IMG/VR virus record: IMGVR_UViG_2630968911_000005
From: a virus
Taxonomy: Duplodnaviria; Heunggongvirae; Uroviricota; Caudoviricetes
Reading direction: 5' to 3' (one strand)
DNA length: 27,633 nt
Shown here: positions 18,455 through 27,633 of the stretch, in pieces
Position numbering within the stretch: the stretch's first letter is position 1
Layout of the letters: each line of letters starts with the position of its first letter
Translations under genes and position numbers: made by a program
Notes under the pieces: model-generated
What the model was told of the DNA's origin: nothing
What the model saw: only the letters and a program-made list of their open reading frames with translations
Database searches by the model: none

Positions 18455-18625
18455 TTTGATGCTATTGCATTGATAATTCAGGAAAATTCTCTTTGTCTGT
18501 TTGTGTAAAATTTAGACTATCGTATGTTGATTATTGCGATGTTTCATCTTATCTTTTACACGTTTGCACCATATAATCGACTTACTGTGTAACTGGAAAG
18601 TCATAACAGACTAAAAGAGGAAATG

Positions 18626-18799
18626 ATGAATATTGAAAACTTAAAAACAAAAGCAGAAGCAGATATTTCTGAATATATAACAAAAAAAATTATTGAACTT
18701 AAGAAAAAGACCGGGAAAGAAGTTACCAGTATTCAGTTTACCGCACGGGAAAAAATGACGGGTCTTGAAAGCTATGATGTCAAGATTAATTTAATCTGA
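18626..18799 (+). CDS. gnsB: GnsA/GnsB-family small protein
   Basis: Manual translation MNIENLKTKAEADISEYITKKIIELKKKTGKEVTSIQFTAREKMTGLESYDVKINLI. Below the ORF-track cutoff. RBS AAAGAGGAAA. Confidence 0.8.
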   Translation: MNIENLKTKAEADISEYITKKIIELKKKTGKEVTSIQFTAREKMTGLESYDVKINLI

Positions 18800-18950
18800 T
18801 GTATTCAATAATAAAATTTATCCATAAACCTCGTTTTTACGGGGTTTTGTTATATTTGAATGGTTCCGAATATCTAAATCACAATTGTTGATGGTTTTTA
18901 TTAAACCAATGCAGTCCGGCTCAGGAGTGAGAGAAGCCGGACGTTATGGT

Positions 18951-19376
18951 TTAGCGTGGTAAGATCTGTGTAGTTTTCTGGATGCTTTCAGTAAATAGTA
19001 ATGAATTATCAAAGGTATAGTAATATCTTTTTTGTTCGTGGATATTTGTAACCCACCGAAAAACTCCTGCTTTAGCAAGGTTTCTTCTGTATTCCTGAAA
19101 TGTGATCTCTCTGGATTTCAGCTTATTAGAGGTCGTTTCTATAAGATGCCTATCCTTTGAAAATTTGACAGACACAATGTTTTTTAGGCCCTTTAATAAC
19201 ACTGTATTATCATTTTTTAATACAATATGAACATTCTCTGTGGCTAAATAGTAAATGTAATGTGAGACATTGTGACGTTTTAGCTCAGAATAAAACCATT
19301 GATAGTTTAAATCGTTTCGAACTTTATCAAATATTTGTTTAAAAATGACTACCTGATCCATAGATAAACCGTCCAT
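18951..19376 (-). CDS. ydfO: YdfO-like protein; alternative start at 19361
   Basis: 141-aa ORF matching the position and length of K-12 ydfO. Confidence 0.75.
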
Positions 19377-19418
19377 GTGATATGAGGGGGCGTAGTCTGC
19401 ACGATTATCTAAATTGCT

Positions 19419-19652
19419 TCAATCTGGTCTGACCTGTTTTCTGAGCAATTCAGTAATGTCACTCTTTTCTTTGTTTGCTTCAGAAGAAACTCTTTTTTCT
19501 GAGCACAGTCTCCGGCGGCAGGCTTCAATGACCCAGGCTGAGAAATTCCCGGACCCTTTTTGCTCAAGAGCGATGTTAATTTGTTCAATCATTTGGTTAG
19601 GAAAGCGGATGTTGCGGGTTGTTGTTCTGCGGGTTCTGTTCTTCGTTGACAT
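19419..19652 (-). CDS. ynfO: YnfO-like small protein, possibly ribbon-helix-helix DNA-binding
   Basis: 77-aa basic protein; RNIRFPNQMIEQINIALEQKG resembles a beta-strand plus helix DNA-binding N-terminus. Confidence 0.7.
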   Translation of the reverse strand: MSTKNRTRRTTTRNIRFPNQMIEQINIALEQKGSGNFSAWVIEACRRRLCSEKRVSSEANKEKSDITELLRKQVRPD

Positions 19653-19851
19653 GAGGTTGCCCCGTATTCAGTGTCGCTGATTTGTATTGTCTGAAGTTGT
19701 TTTTACGTTAAGTTGATGCAGATCAATTAATACGATACCTGCGTCATAATTGATTATTTGACGTGGTTTGATGGCCTCCACGCACGTTGTGATATGTAGA
19801 TGATAATCATTATCACTTTACGGGTCCTTTCCGGTGATCCGACAGGTTACG

Positions 19852-19863
19852 GGGCGGCGACCT
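19852..19863 (+). other. cosN: lambda-type 12-nt cohesive-end sequence GGGCGGCGACCT
   Basis: CCGACAGGTTACG-GGGCGGCGACCT-CGCGGGTTTTCGCTATTTATGAAAATTTTCC matches the lambda cos junction as recalled. Confidence 0.85.
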
Positions 19864-19903
19864 CGCGGGTTTTCGCTATTTATGAAAATTTTCCGGTTTA
19901 AGG

Positions 19904-20011
19904 CGTTTCCGTTCTTCTTCGTCGTAACTTAATGTTTTTATTTAAAATACCCCCTAAAAAGAAAGGAAACGACAGGTGCTGAAAACGAACTTTTGGGCCT
20001 CTGTCGTTTCC
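19904..20011 (+). promoter_or_regulatory. cosB: terminase Nu1 binding elements R3, R2, R1 with intervening IHF-site-like AT tract
   Basis: CGTTTCC at 19904-19910, GGAAACG at 19965-19971 (inverted), CGTTTCC at 20005-20011, in lambda-like arrangement upstream of Nu1. Confidence 0.75.
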
Positions 20012-20040
20012 TTTCTCTGTTTTTGGCCGTGGAATGAACA

Positions 20041-20562
20041 ATGGAAGTCAACAAAAAGCAGCTGGCTGACATTTTCGGTGCGAGTATCCGTACCATTCAG
20101 AACTGGCAGGAACAGGGAATGCCCGTTCTGCGAGGCGGTGGCAAGGGTAATGAGGTGCTTTATGACTCTGCCGCCGTTATAAGATGGTATGCCGAAAGGG
20201 ATGCTGAAATTGAGAACGAAAAGCTGCGCCGGGAAGTTGAAGAACTGCGGCGGGCCAGCGAGACAGATCTCCAGCCAGGGACTATTGAGTACGAACGCCA
20301 TCGACTTACGCGTGCGCAGGCCGACGCACAGGAGCTGAAAAATGCCAGAGACTCCGCTGAAGTGGTGGAAACCGCATTCTGTACTTTCGTGCTGTCGCGG
20401 ATCGCAGGTGAAATTGCCAGTATTCTCGACGGGATCCCCCTGTCGGTGCAGCGGCGTTTTCCGGAACTGGAAAACCGACATGTTGATTTCCTGAAACGGG
20501 ATATCATCAAAGCCATGAACAAAGCAGCCGCGCTGGATGAACTGATACAGCATGGACGTTGA
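20041..20562 (+). CDS. nohQ: Terminase small subunit Nu1 homolog; C-terminal about 11 residues replaced at a deletion junction
   Basis: [42 protein letters not shown]... matches lambda Nu1 through ...AAALDELI, then ends QHGR. Confidence 0.9.
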   Translation: MEVNKKQLADIFGASIRTIQNWQEQGMPVLRGGGKGNEVLYDSAAVIRWYAERDAEIENEKLRREVEELRRASETDLQPGTIEYERHRLTRAQADAQELKNARDSAEVVETAFCTFVLSRIAGEIASILDGIPLSVQRRFPELENRHVDFLKRDIIKAMNKAAALDELIQHGR

Positions 20563-23500
20563 GTACGGTCAGTACAGCGTTATTCTGTTGGTGGAGGGAT
20601 TCCCGCCGTCACATGCCGGGACCATCACCGTGTATGAAGATTCTCAACCCGGTACGCTGAATGATTTTCTCGGTGCCATGACGGAGGATGATGCCCGTCC
20701 GGAGGCACTGCGTCGTTTTGAACTGATGGTGGAAGAGGTGGCGCGTAACGCGTCCGTGGTGGCACAGAACACGGCAGCCGCAAAGAAGTCAGCCAGTGAT
20801 GCCAGCACATCTGCCAGTGAGGCGGCAACCCGTGCGACTGATGCTGCAGATTCAGCACGTGCAGCCAGCACGTCAGCCGGACAGGCCGCGTCGTCGGCTC
20901 AGTCAGCGTCTTCCAGCGCAGGAACGGCATCAACAAAGGCCACTGAAGCCTCAAAAAGTGCTGCCGCTGCAGAGTCCTCAAAAAGCGCGGCGGCTACCAG
21001 TGCCGGTGCGGCGAAAACGTCAGAAACGAATGCGGCAGCGTCAGAACAATCAGCCGCCACTTCTGCATCCACCGCGACCACGAAAGCGTCAGAAGCTGCC
21101 ACCTCAGCCAGGGATGCGTCGGCTTCAAAAGAGGCGGCAAAATCATCAGAAACGAGCGCAGCCTCGAGCGCCAGTCGTGCAGCCTCCTCGGCAACAGCGG
21201 CAGGAACTTCCGCGAAGGCGGCAAAAACGTCCGAGACGAACGCAAAGTCTTCTGAGACGGCAGCGGGACAGAGTGCCTCCGCAGCAGCAGACTCAAAAAC
21301 AGCGGCTGCCTCATCTGCCAGCGCCGCGTCAACAAATGCCGGGCAGGCCTCAGCCAGTGCCACCGCTGCCGGAAAGTCGGCAGAAAGCGCCGCATCATCC
21401 GCTTCAACAGCCACAACGAAGGCTGGCGAAGCCACTGAACAGGCCACGGTAGCAGCGAGGTCAGCTTCCGCAGCGAAGACATCCGAAACGAACGCGAAAG
21501 CGTCGGAAACCAGCGCAGAATCCTCAAAAACGGCTGCCGCATCGTCAGCCAGTTCGGCGGCGTCATCGGCATCATCGGCGTCTGCTTCAAAAGATGAGGC
21601 GACCAGACAGGCGTCAGCAGCGAAGGGCAGCGCCACGACGGCATCCACGAAGGCGACAGAGGCAGCTGGCAGTGCGACGGCGGCAGCTCAGAGCAAAAGT
21701 ACGGCGGAATCCGCGGCAACGCGCGCCGAGACAGCAGCAAAACGGGCAGAGGATATTGCATCCGCCGTGGCGCTTGAGGATGCGAGCACGACGAAAAAGG
21801 GGATAGTACAGCTCAGCAGTGCGACCAACAGTACGTCTGAAACGCTGGCGGCAACGCCAAAGGCAGTAAAATCAGCCTATGACAATGCAGAGAAACGTCT
21901 GCAGAAAGACCAGAACGGCACTGATATACCCGATAAGGGACGCTTCCTGAACAACATTAACGCGGTCAGTAAAATAGACTTTGCTGATAAGCGTGGTATG
22001 CGTTATGTGCGGGTTAACGCTCCTGCAGGTGCAACATCTGGAAAATATTACCCTGTTGTTGTTATGCGTTCTGCTGGCTCAGTAAGCGAACTGGCATCAA
22101 GGGTCATTATCACCACGGCAACGCGAACCGCAGGCGATCCGATGAATAACTGCGAGTTTAACGGATTTGTTATGCCTGGTGGCTGGACTGACAGGGGGCG
22201 TTATGCTTATGGAATGTTCTGGCAATATCAAAACAATGAACGAGCCATCCACTCAATAATGATGAGTAATAAGGGCGATGATTTGCGCTCTGTGTTCTAT
22301 GTTGATGGCGCTGCTTTCCCTGTTTTTGCGTTTATCGAAGATGGCCTGTCAATATCCGCACCTGGTGCTGATCTCGTTGTTAATGATACGACCTATAAGT
22401 TTGGGGCAACAAATCCAGCGACTGAATGTATCGCGGCGGACGTTATCCTTGATTTTAAGAGTGGGCGTGGTTTTTATGAGTCTCATTCGTTAATCGTTAA
22501 CGATAATTTGTCGTGCAAAAAACTTTTTGCCACAGACGAAATTGTAGCGCGTGGTGGTAATCAGATTCGAATGATAGGTGGGGAGTATGGTGCATTATGG
22601 CGTAATGATGGCGCTAAAACTTACCTGCTGCTTACCAATCAAGGTGATGTTTATGGTGGCTGGAATACATTAAGACCGTTTGCTATTGATAACGCAACCG
22701 GCGAACTGGTTATTGGAACCAAACTGTCCGCAAGTCTGAACGGTAATGCATTAACAGCAACAAAGCTGCAAACGCCAAGACGGGTTTCTGGTGTTGAGTT
22801 TGATGGTTCCAAAGATATTACTTTAACCGCCGCGCATGTGGCTGCTTTTGCCAGAAGGGCAACGGATACATATGCCGATGCGGATGGTGGCGTTCCCTGG
22901 AATGCCGAATCAGGTGCTTACAATGTCACCCGCTCTGGCGACAGCTATATTCTGGTTAACTTCTATACCGGAGTCGGAAGTTGCCGGACCTTGCAGATGA
23001 AGGCGCATTACAGAAATGGTGGTCTGTTCTACCGTTCTTCAAGAGACGGTTATGGTTTTGAGGATGACTGGGCAGAAGTTTATACCTCGAAAAATCTTCC
23101 ACCAGAAAGCTACCCAGTCGGCGCACCAATCCCGTGGCCATCAGATACCGTTCCGTCTGGCTATGCCCTGATGCAGGGGCAGACTTTTGACAAATCTGCA
23201 TACCCGAAACTTGCAGTGGCTTATCCGTCAGGCGTTATTCCTGATATGCGTGGCTGGACGATTAAGGGCAAGCCCGCCAGTGGTCGTGCCGTATTGTCTC
23301 AGGAACAGGACGGCATTAAATCGCACACCCACAGCGCCAGCGCATCCAGTACGGATTTGGGGACGAAAACCACATCATCGTTTGATTACGGCACTAAATC
23401 CACGAATAACACTGGTGCACATACCCATAGTGTTAGCGGTACGGCTGCTTCAGCCGGTGCACATACCCATTCGATGACATTTGTTTCAGGTGGTTCCAGT

Positions 23501-23752
23501 GGTGCTCCGGGAAGTGGATCACCTGATTATTCTAAATACAGTGTTAACACTTCTTCTGCAGGCGCTCATACGCACTCTGTATCGGGTACTGCTGCAAGCG
23601 CAGGTGCACACGCACATACTGTCGGTATTGGTGCTCATACGCACTCCGTTGCGATTGGCTCACATGGACACACCATCACCGTTAACGCTGCTGGTAACGC
23701 GGAAAACACCGTCAAAAACATCGCATTTAACTATATTGTGAGGCTTGCATAA
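20552..23752 (+). CDS. stfQ: Side tail fibre protein (lambda Stf family), N-terminally truncated by deletion
   Basis: Begins at lambda Stf internal [12 protein letters not shown]. Long Ala/Ser/Thr repeats (AAKTSETNA...). C-terminal GAHTHS repeats and ...[14 protein letters not shown]. Confidence 0.9.
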   Translation: MDVEYGQYSVILLVEGFPPSHAGTITVYEDSQPGTLNDFLGAMTEDDARPEALRRFELMVEEVARNASVVAQNTAAAKKSASDASTSASEAATRATDAADSARAASTSAGQAASSAQSASSSAGTASTKATEASKSAAAAESSKSAAATSAGAAKTSETNAAASEQSAATSASTATTKASEAATSARDASASKEAAKSSETSAASSASRAASSATAAGTSAKAAKTSETNAKSSETAAGQSASAAADSKTAAASSASAASTNAGQASASATAAGKSAESAASSASTATTKAGEATEQATVAARSASAAKTSETNAKASETSAESSKTAAASSASSAASSASSASASKDEATRQASAAKGSATTASTKATEAAGSATAAAQSKSTAESAATRAETAAKRAEDIASAVALEDASTTKKGIVQLSSATNSTSETLAATPKAVKSAYDNAEKRLQKDQNGTDIPDKGRFLNNINAVSKIDFADKRGMRYVRVNAPAGATSGKYYPVVVMRSAGSVSELASRVIITTATRTAGDPMNNCEFNGFVMPGGWTDRGRYAYGMFWQYQNNERAIHSIMMSNKGDDLRSVFYVDGAAFPVFAFIEDGLSISAPGADLVVNDTTYKFGATNPATECIAADVILDFKSGRGFYESHSLIVNDNLSCKKLFATDEIVARGGNQIRMIGGEYGALWRNDGAKTYLLLTNQGDVYGGWNTLRPFAIDNATGELVIGTKLSASLNGNALTATKLQTPRRVSGVEFDGSKDITLTAAHVAAFARRATDTYADADGGVPWNAESGAYNVTRSGDSYILVNFYTGVGSCRTLQMKAHYRNGGLFYRSSRDGYGFEDDWAEVYTSKNLPPESYPVGAPIPWPSDTVPSGYALMQGQTFDKSAYPKLAVAYPSGVIPDMRGWTIKGKPASGRAVLSQEQDGIKSHTHSASASSTDLGTKTTSSFDYGTKSTNNTGAHTHSVSGTAASAGAHTHSMTFVSGGSSGAPGSGSPDYSKYSVNTSSAGAHTHSVSGTAASAGAHAHTVGIGAHTHSVAIGSHGHTITVNAAGNAENTVKNIAFNYIVRLA

Positions 23753-24327
23753 TGGCATTCAGAATGAGTGAACAACCACGGACCATAACAATTTATAATC
23801 TGCTGGCCGGAACTAATGAATTTATTGGTGAAGGTGATGCATATATTCCGCCTCATACAGGTCTGCCAGCAAACAGTACCGATATTGCACCGCCAGATAT
23901 TCCGGCTGGCTTCGTGGCTGTTTTCAACAGTGATGAGTCATCGTGGCATCTCGTTGAAGATCATCGGGGTAAAACGGTTTATGACGTGGCTTCCGGCGAC
24001 GCGTTATTTATTTCTGAACTCGGTCCGTTACCGAAAAATGTTACCTGGTTATCGCCGGAAGGGGAGTTTCAGAAGTGGAACGGCACAGCCTGGGTGAAGG
24101 ATACGGAAGCAGAAAAACTGTTCCGGATCCGGGAGGCGGAAGAAACAAAAAACAACCTGATGCAGGTAGCCAGTGAGCATATTGCGCCGCTTCAGGATGC
24201 TGCAGATCTGGAAATTGCAACGGAGGAAGAAATCTCGTTGCTGGAAGCATGGAAAAAGTATCGGGTATTGCTGAACCGTGTTGATACGTCAACTGCACAG
24301 GATATTGAATGGCCAGCACTGCCGTAG
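23752..24327 (+). CDS. tfaQ: Tail fibre assembly protein (Tfa)
   Basis: 191-aa ORF overlapping the stf stop (TAATG). N-terminus [26 protein letters not shown]. Confidence 0.85.
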   Translation: MAFRMSEQPRTITIYNLLAGTNEFIGEGDAYIPPHTGLPANSTDIAPPDIPAGFVAVFNSDESSWHLVEDHRGKTVYDVASGDALFISELGPLPKNVTWLSPEGEFQKWNGTAWVKDTEAEKLFRIREAEETKNNLMQVASEHIAPLQDAADLEIATEEEISLLEAWKKYRVLLNRVDTSTAQDIEWPALP

Positions 24328-24424
24328 GGTAAAACATATAAATTCTTTAATTAGATGTATCTTTCCATTTACGGCAAGGAAGGGGGCTTGGAAGACGTAA
24401 AGCATCTCACACCGAGATTATTTT

Positions 24425-25015
24425 TTATATGTCAGGTGTCTGAAGTTTTGCTTTGGCTCTTAAAATGGTTTGCCGCGAGGTTTTGAATTCCCGGGCAATG
24501 GCACTTATACTTACACCTGACTTAATTCGTTCGAATACCACCTGTTTCTGTTCTTCATTTAACACAGGTGGTCGACCAAAACGTTTCCCTGCGCCGCGGG
24601 CTCTTACTATCCCGGAATGAGTGCGTTCAAGTAAAAGGTCTCGTTCAAATTCAGCAACTGCTGAAATTACTTGCATCATCATTTTTCCTGTTGGACTGGT
24701 CAAGTCAATGCCCCCCAATGCTAAGCAATGTACTCTGATACCTGTTTCGGTCAGTTGTTCCACTGTTTTCCTGATATCCATTGCATTACAACCAAGGCGA
24801 TCCAGTTTTGTCACAATCAATTGATCACCACATTTCAGGCGAGCAAGCAACCGGTTAAAACTAGGACGCTCACTGGTTGCTGCTGAGCCGCTAATGTGTT
24901 CTTCGATTATTTGCTGAGGTTTGATTTTAAAACCTGCACTTTCGATTTCCCGGCGTTGATTTTCGGTGGTCTGATCCAGCGTTGATATCCGACAGTAAGC
25001 AAAAATTCGAGACAT
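24425..25015 (-). CDS. pinQ: Serine recombinase DNA invertase (Pin/Gin/Hin family)
   Basis: [20 protein letters not shown]... with the catalytic serine in the RIST motif. C-terminal HTH. Confidence 0.92.
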   Translation of the reverse strand: MSRIFAYCRISTLDQTTENQRREIESAGFKIKPQQIIEEHISGSAATSERPSFNRLLARLKCGDQLIVTKLDRLGCNAMDIRKTVEQLTETGIRVHCLALGGIDLTSPTGKMMMQVISAVAEFERDLLLERTHSGIVRARGAGKRFGRPPVLNEEQKQVVFERIKSGVSISAIAREFKTSRQTILRAKAKLQTPDI

Positions 25016-25331
25016 AGTGAGACTCTATACGAAATTGGTGTTCATATCATAATGCATCGCAGAAAATAATTTTGATTATTTTTGTGCATATTTGTATGTA
25101 CACGTTCGAAAATAAACGAATGCGTATGCAACCCCGTAATTTTGGTGAGACCCAAAATCGATTTTGTGAAAAATGGCTTTAACTCGGTTTGTTTTTCGAG
25201 TTCCGGGCGGACTCAAGGAAGAAGAATAGTGTTTCGTGTTATTTTAACCAGATTTTAAGTTGTTTGGTCGTGGAAAAGTGGAGCAAAATGTTGTTAAAGT
25301 GGAAAAATGATAAAAAAGTAAGTTTATTATA

Positions 25332-25565
25332 TTACATTTTACCATTTAAATTTTGGTTGTCTTTAAGAACTGATATCGCTGTTTGTAATAATTCTTTGTT
25401 ATCCAGCCATGATTTTTTCTTTATGTTTCCTTCAATGTAATCAAGCAATGTTCTGGTATTGATAGGTCTTCCCTGTTTTGCTACTTCCACTACAGCATCC
25501 CCTAGGATAATTCTTACTTCAGGAAGCTGCGCAGGGAACCACTTTAGGGTGTCTTTTGATTTCAT
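25332..25565 (-). CDS. ydfK: YdfK/YnaE-like small protein (77 aa)
   Basis: ATG at 25563-25565 with AAGGAA about 8 nt upstream. The ORF track begins 11 codons upstream. Confidence 0.75.
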   Translation of the reverse strand: MKSKDTLKWFPAQLPEVRIILGDAVVEVAKQGRPINTRTLLDYIEGNIKKKSWLDNKELLQTAISVLKDNQNLNGKM

Positions 25566-26349
25566 GAAGATATTCCTTAAAATATTATTGATTTTCATTG
25601 CGATATTGTATGTCTGATTCAGGATATGTTGACTTATACATCGGTTTTGTCTGGGTTATTGGATATGCCAATCCCTAATTTTATTAGGGCATGACTAAAA
25701 ATGCTGAATATGATAAGGAGAGAAGTGATTATCAGTATGCTGTTCATATAGCCTCGAATTAGTAATGTGTTATATATGATATAGTTGACAATTTTTATCT
25801 TGGGTGTTCTTAAAGTTCGTAGATAAACATTGTCGTTTCAGGTATACAGGAATGCTAACAGGTGGCAGCAAAAATCAGGCGGTTATGGCGCAAGCTGAAG
25901 CGGCAACTGCAAACTATCTTATGCAGAGACTCTACACGGATTGGGTTTAAAAGTATACATAGATAACAGTTTTTATCTGAAAAAGAAAAATATCAAGGTG
26001 ATATAGCCTATATGCCTTTGATGCGGAGGAATGAATGTGATGGGAGTGATGTATCTGAATAGTTGAAAAACCGCAGACACGCCTTATGCAAGAACGTGCT
26101 GCGGTTGGCTGGTAAATTTTTCGATAGTGTGAGTATTGAATGATTTCCAGCCGTTCTTGATTTTACGCATAAATCCATGAAAAAACTACTTATCTGTTGG
26201 GGAGTTTTTTTGGGGCATATATGGGACAGAAATAGGCCCCAGATAGACACTGAGATCGAACTTAGGATGCTTTTTAAAAAATGCAACTATCTGAAAAAAC
26301 CTAGAAAACGCCAAGGAAACCACAGGATGGGAAAAAACACCTGTGAATT

Positions 26350-27633
26350 ATGGATTTCCAGTTATATTCGCTCGGCGCAGCGTTAGTGTTTCATGAAATA
26401 TTTTTTCCTGAATCATCAACGGCAATGGCGTTAATTCTGGCAATGGGAACCTACGGTGCAGGTTATGTGGCGCGTATTGTCGGAGCATTTATTTTCGGCA
26501 AAATGGGCGACAGAATAGGGCGTAAAAAAGTGCTCTTTTTTACCATCACCATGATGGGGATCTGTACCACCTTAATTGGTGTGTTACCGACCTATGCACA
26601 GATTGGTGTTTTTGCACCCATCTTGCTGGTGACGTTGCGTATTATTCAGGGGTTGGGTGCAGGTGCGGAAATTTCCGGTGCCGGTACGATGCTGGCGGAA
26701 TATGCGCCAAAAGGTAAGCGCGGAATTATCTCCTCATTTGTGGCTATGGGAACTAACTGCGGAACCTTGAGCGCAACGGCAATCTGGGCCTTTATGTTCT
26801 TCATTCTCAGTAAAGAGGAACTGCTGGCGTGGGGATGGCGTATACCGTTCCTGGCGAGCGTTGTCGTGATGGTCTTTGCTATCTGGTTGCGTATGAATCT
26901 GAAAGAAAGCCCGGTCTTTGAGAAGGTTAACGACAGTAACCAACCGACAGCAAAACCTGCACCTGCTGGTAGCATGTTCCAGAGCAAATCCTTCTGGCTG
27001 GCAACAGGGCTGCGTTTTGGTCAGGCGGGTAACTCCGGGTTAATTCAGACTTTCCTTGCAGGCTATTTAGTGCAGACGTTATTGTTTAACAAAGCAATTC
27101 CAACAGATGCATTGATGATCAGTTCGATTCTCGGCTTTATGACCATTCCGTTCCTTGGTTGGTTATCCGATAAAATTGGTCGCCGGATCCCGTATATTAT
27201 TATGAATACCTCCGCGATTGTGCTGGCATGGCCAATGCTTTCTATCATTGTAGATAAAAGCTATGCCCCGAGCACCATTATGGTTGCACTGATTGTGATT
27301 CATAACTGTGCGGTGCTGGGATTATTTGCTCTGGAAAACATTACCATGGCAGAAATGTTCGGCTGTAAAAACCGCTTTACCCGGATGGCTATTTCTAAAG
27401 AAATTGGTGGTCTTATCGCTTCCGGTTTTGGTCCTATCCTGGCGGGTATTTTCTGCACCATGACGGAATCCTGGTATCCGATCGCCATTATGATCATGGC
27501 ATATTCAGTGATTGGTTTAATCTCTGCGCTGAAAATGCCAGAGGTGAAAGACCGTGATTTAAGTGCGCTGGAAGACGCTGCGGAAGATCAACCGCGTGTT
27601 GTAAGAGCTGCGCAACCTTCCAGAAGTCTGTAA
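26350..27633 (+). CDS. ydfJ: MFS transporter, metabolite:H+ symporter family, 5'-truncated at the prophage junction
   Basis: GKMGDRIGRKK loop motif lies at residue about 50; by comparison with ProP as recalled the frame starts mid-TM1. In-frame TGA two codons upstream of the first ATG. Confidence 0.85.
   Translation: MDFQLYSLGAALVFHEIFFPESSTAMALILAMGTYGAGYVARIVGAFIFGKMGDRIGRKKVLFFTITMMGICTTLIGVLPTYAQIGVFAPILLVTLRIIQGLGAGAEISGAGTMLAEYAPKGKRGIISSFVAMGTNCGTLSATAIWAFMFFILSKEELLAWGWRIPFLASVVVMVFAIWLRMNLKESPVFEKVNDSNQPTAKPAPAGSMFQSKSFWLATGLRFGQAGNSGLIQTFLAGYLVQTLLFNKAIPTDALMISSILGFMTIPFLGWLSDKIGRRIPYIIMNTSAIVLAWPMLSIIVDKSYAPSTIMVALIVIHNCAVLGLFALENITMAEMFGCKNRFTRMAISKEIGGLIASGFGPILAGIFCTMTESWYPIAIMIMAYSVIGLISALKMPEVKDRDLSALEDAAEDQPRVVRAAQPSRSL

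Noticed and set aside
20625-21806. Five long overlapping ORFs in other frames and on the minus strand within the stf 5' region (20625-20981, 20796-21452, 20899-21648, 20994-21761, 21594-21806)
   Set aside because: They are products of the GC-rich Ala/Ser/Thr repeat DNA of the tail-fibre gene. Their translations are Ala- or Arg/Pro-rich low complexity. The stf frame is the one matching lambda Stf.
24041-24337. Minus-strand ORF antisense to tfa, and 24621-24824 antisense to pin
   Set aside because: Nested antisense frames within genes that have clear family signatures.
26008-26386. ORFs 26008-26286 (minus) and 26177-26386 (plus) at the prophage-host junction
   Set aside because: No ribosome-binding sites and odd composition. 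The plus-strand one runs in a different frame across the ydfJ start, so it is not an N-terminal extension of the transporter.
26646-27497. Minus-strand ORFs inside the MFS transporter gene (26646-26987, 26734-26943, 27063-27248, 27300-27497)
   Set aside because: Antisense to a transporter ORF with characteristic MFS loop motifs.

Overview
This window is a Qin-like cryptic lambdoid prophage of Escherichia coli, read from its integrase end (left) to a host junction inside the MFS transporter gene ydfJ (right). Gene calls rest on protein motifs read by eye and on recalled similarity to E. coli K-12 Qin, lambda and phage 21 proteins; no database search was run. Left to right: a leftward early operon (integrase, Xis-like protein, DEDDh exonuclease, a large RecE-like protein, two coupled small genes); a decayed stretch with a truncated methyltransferase and stop-interrupted small ORFs; an IS481/ISNCY-like transposase gene with an IS3 copy inserted just after it; then flxA, relB-relE-hokD, rem, ydfU, the Q antiterminator with a PR'-like promoter and terminator, cspF/cspB, a phage-21-type lysis cassette, cspI, gnsB, ydfO and ynfO; an intact lambda-type cos site with a Nu1 gene fused by deletion to a side-tail-fibre gene; tfa, a Pin invertase, ydfK, and 5'-truncated ydfJ. 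No repressor/cro, replication, terminase large subunit or head/tail shaft genes are present. No tRNA, rRNA or CRISPR array was seen. I could not identify a clearly novel system; the least explained part is 4.2-6.7 kb (small coupled genes, stop-interrupted ORFs, tetraloop hairpins, a small membrane protein).
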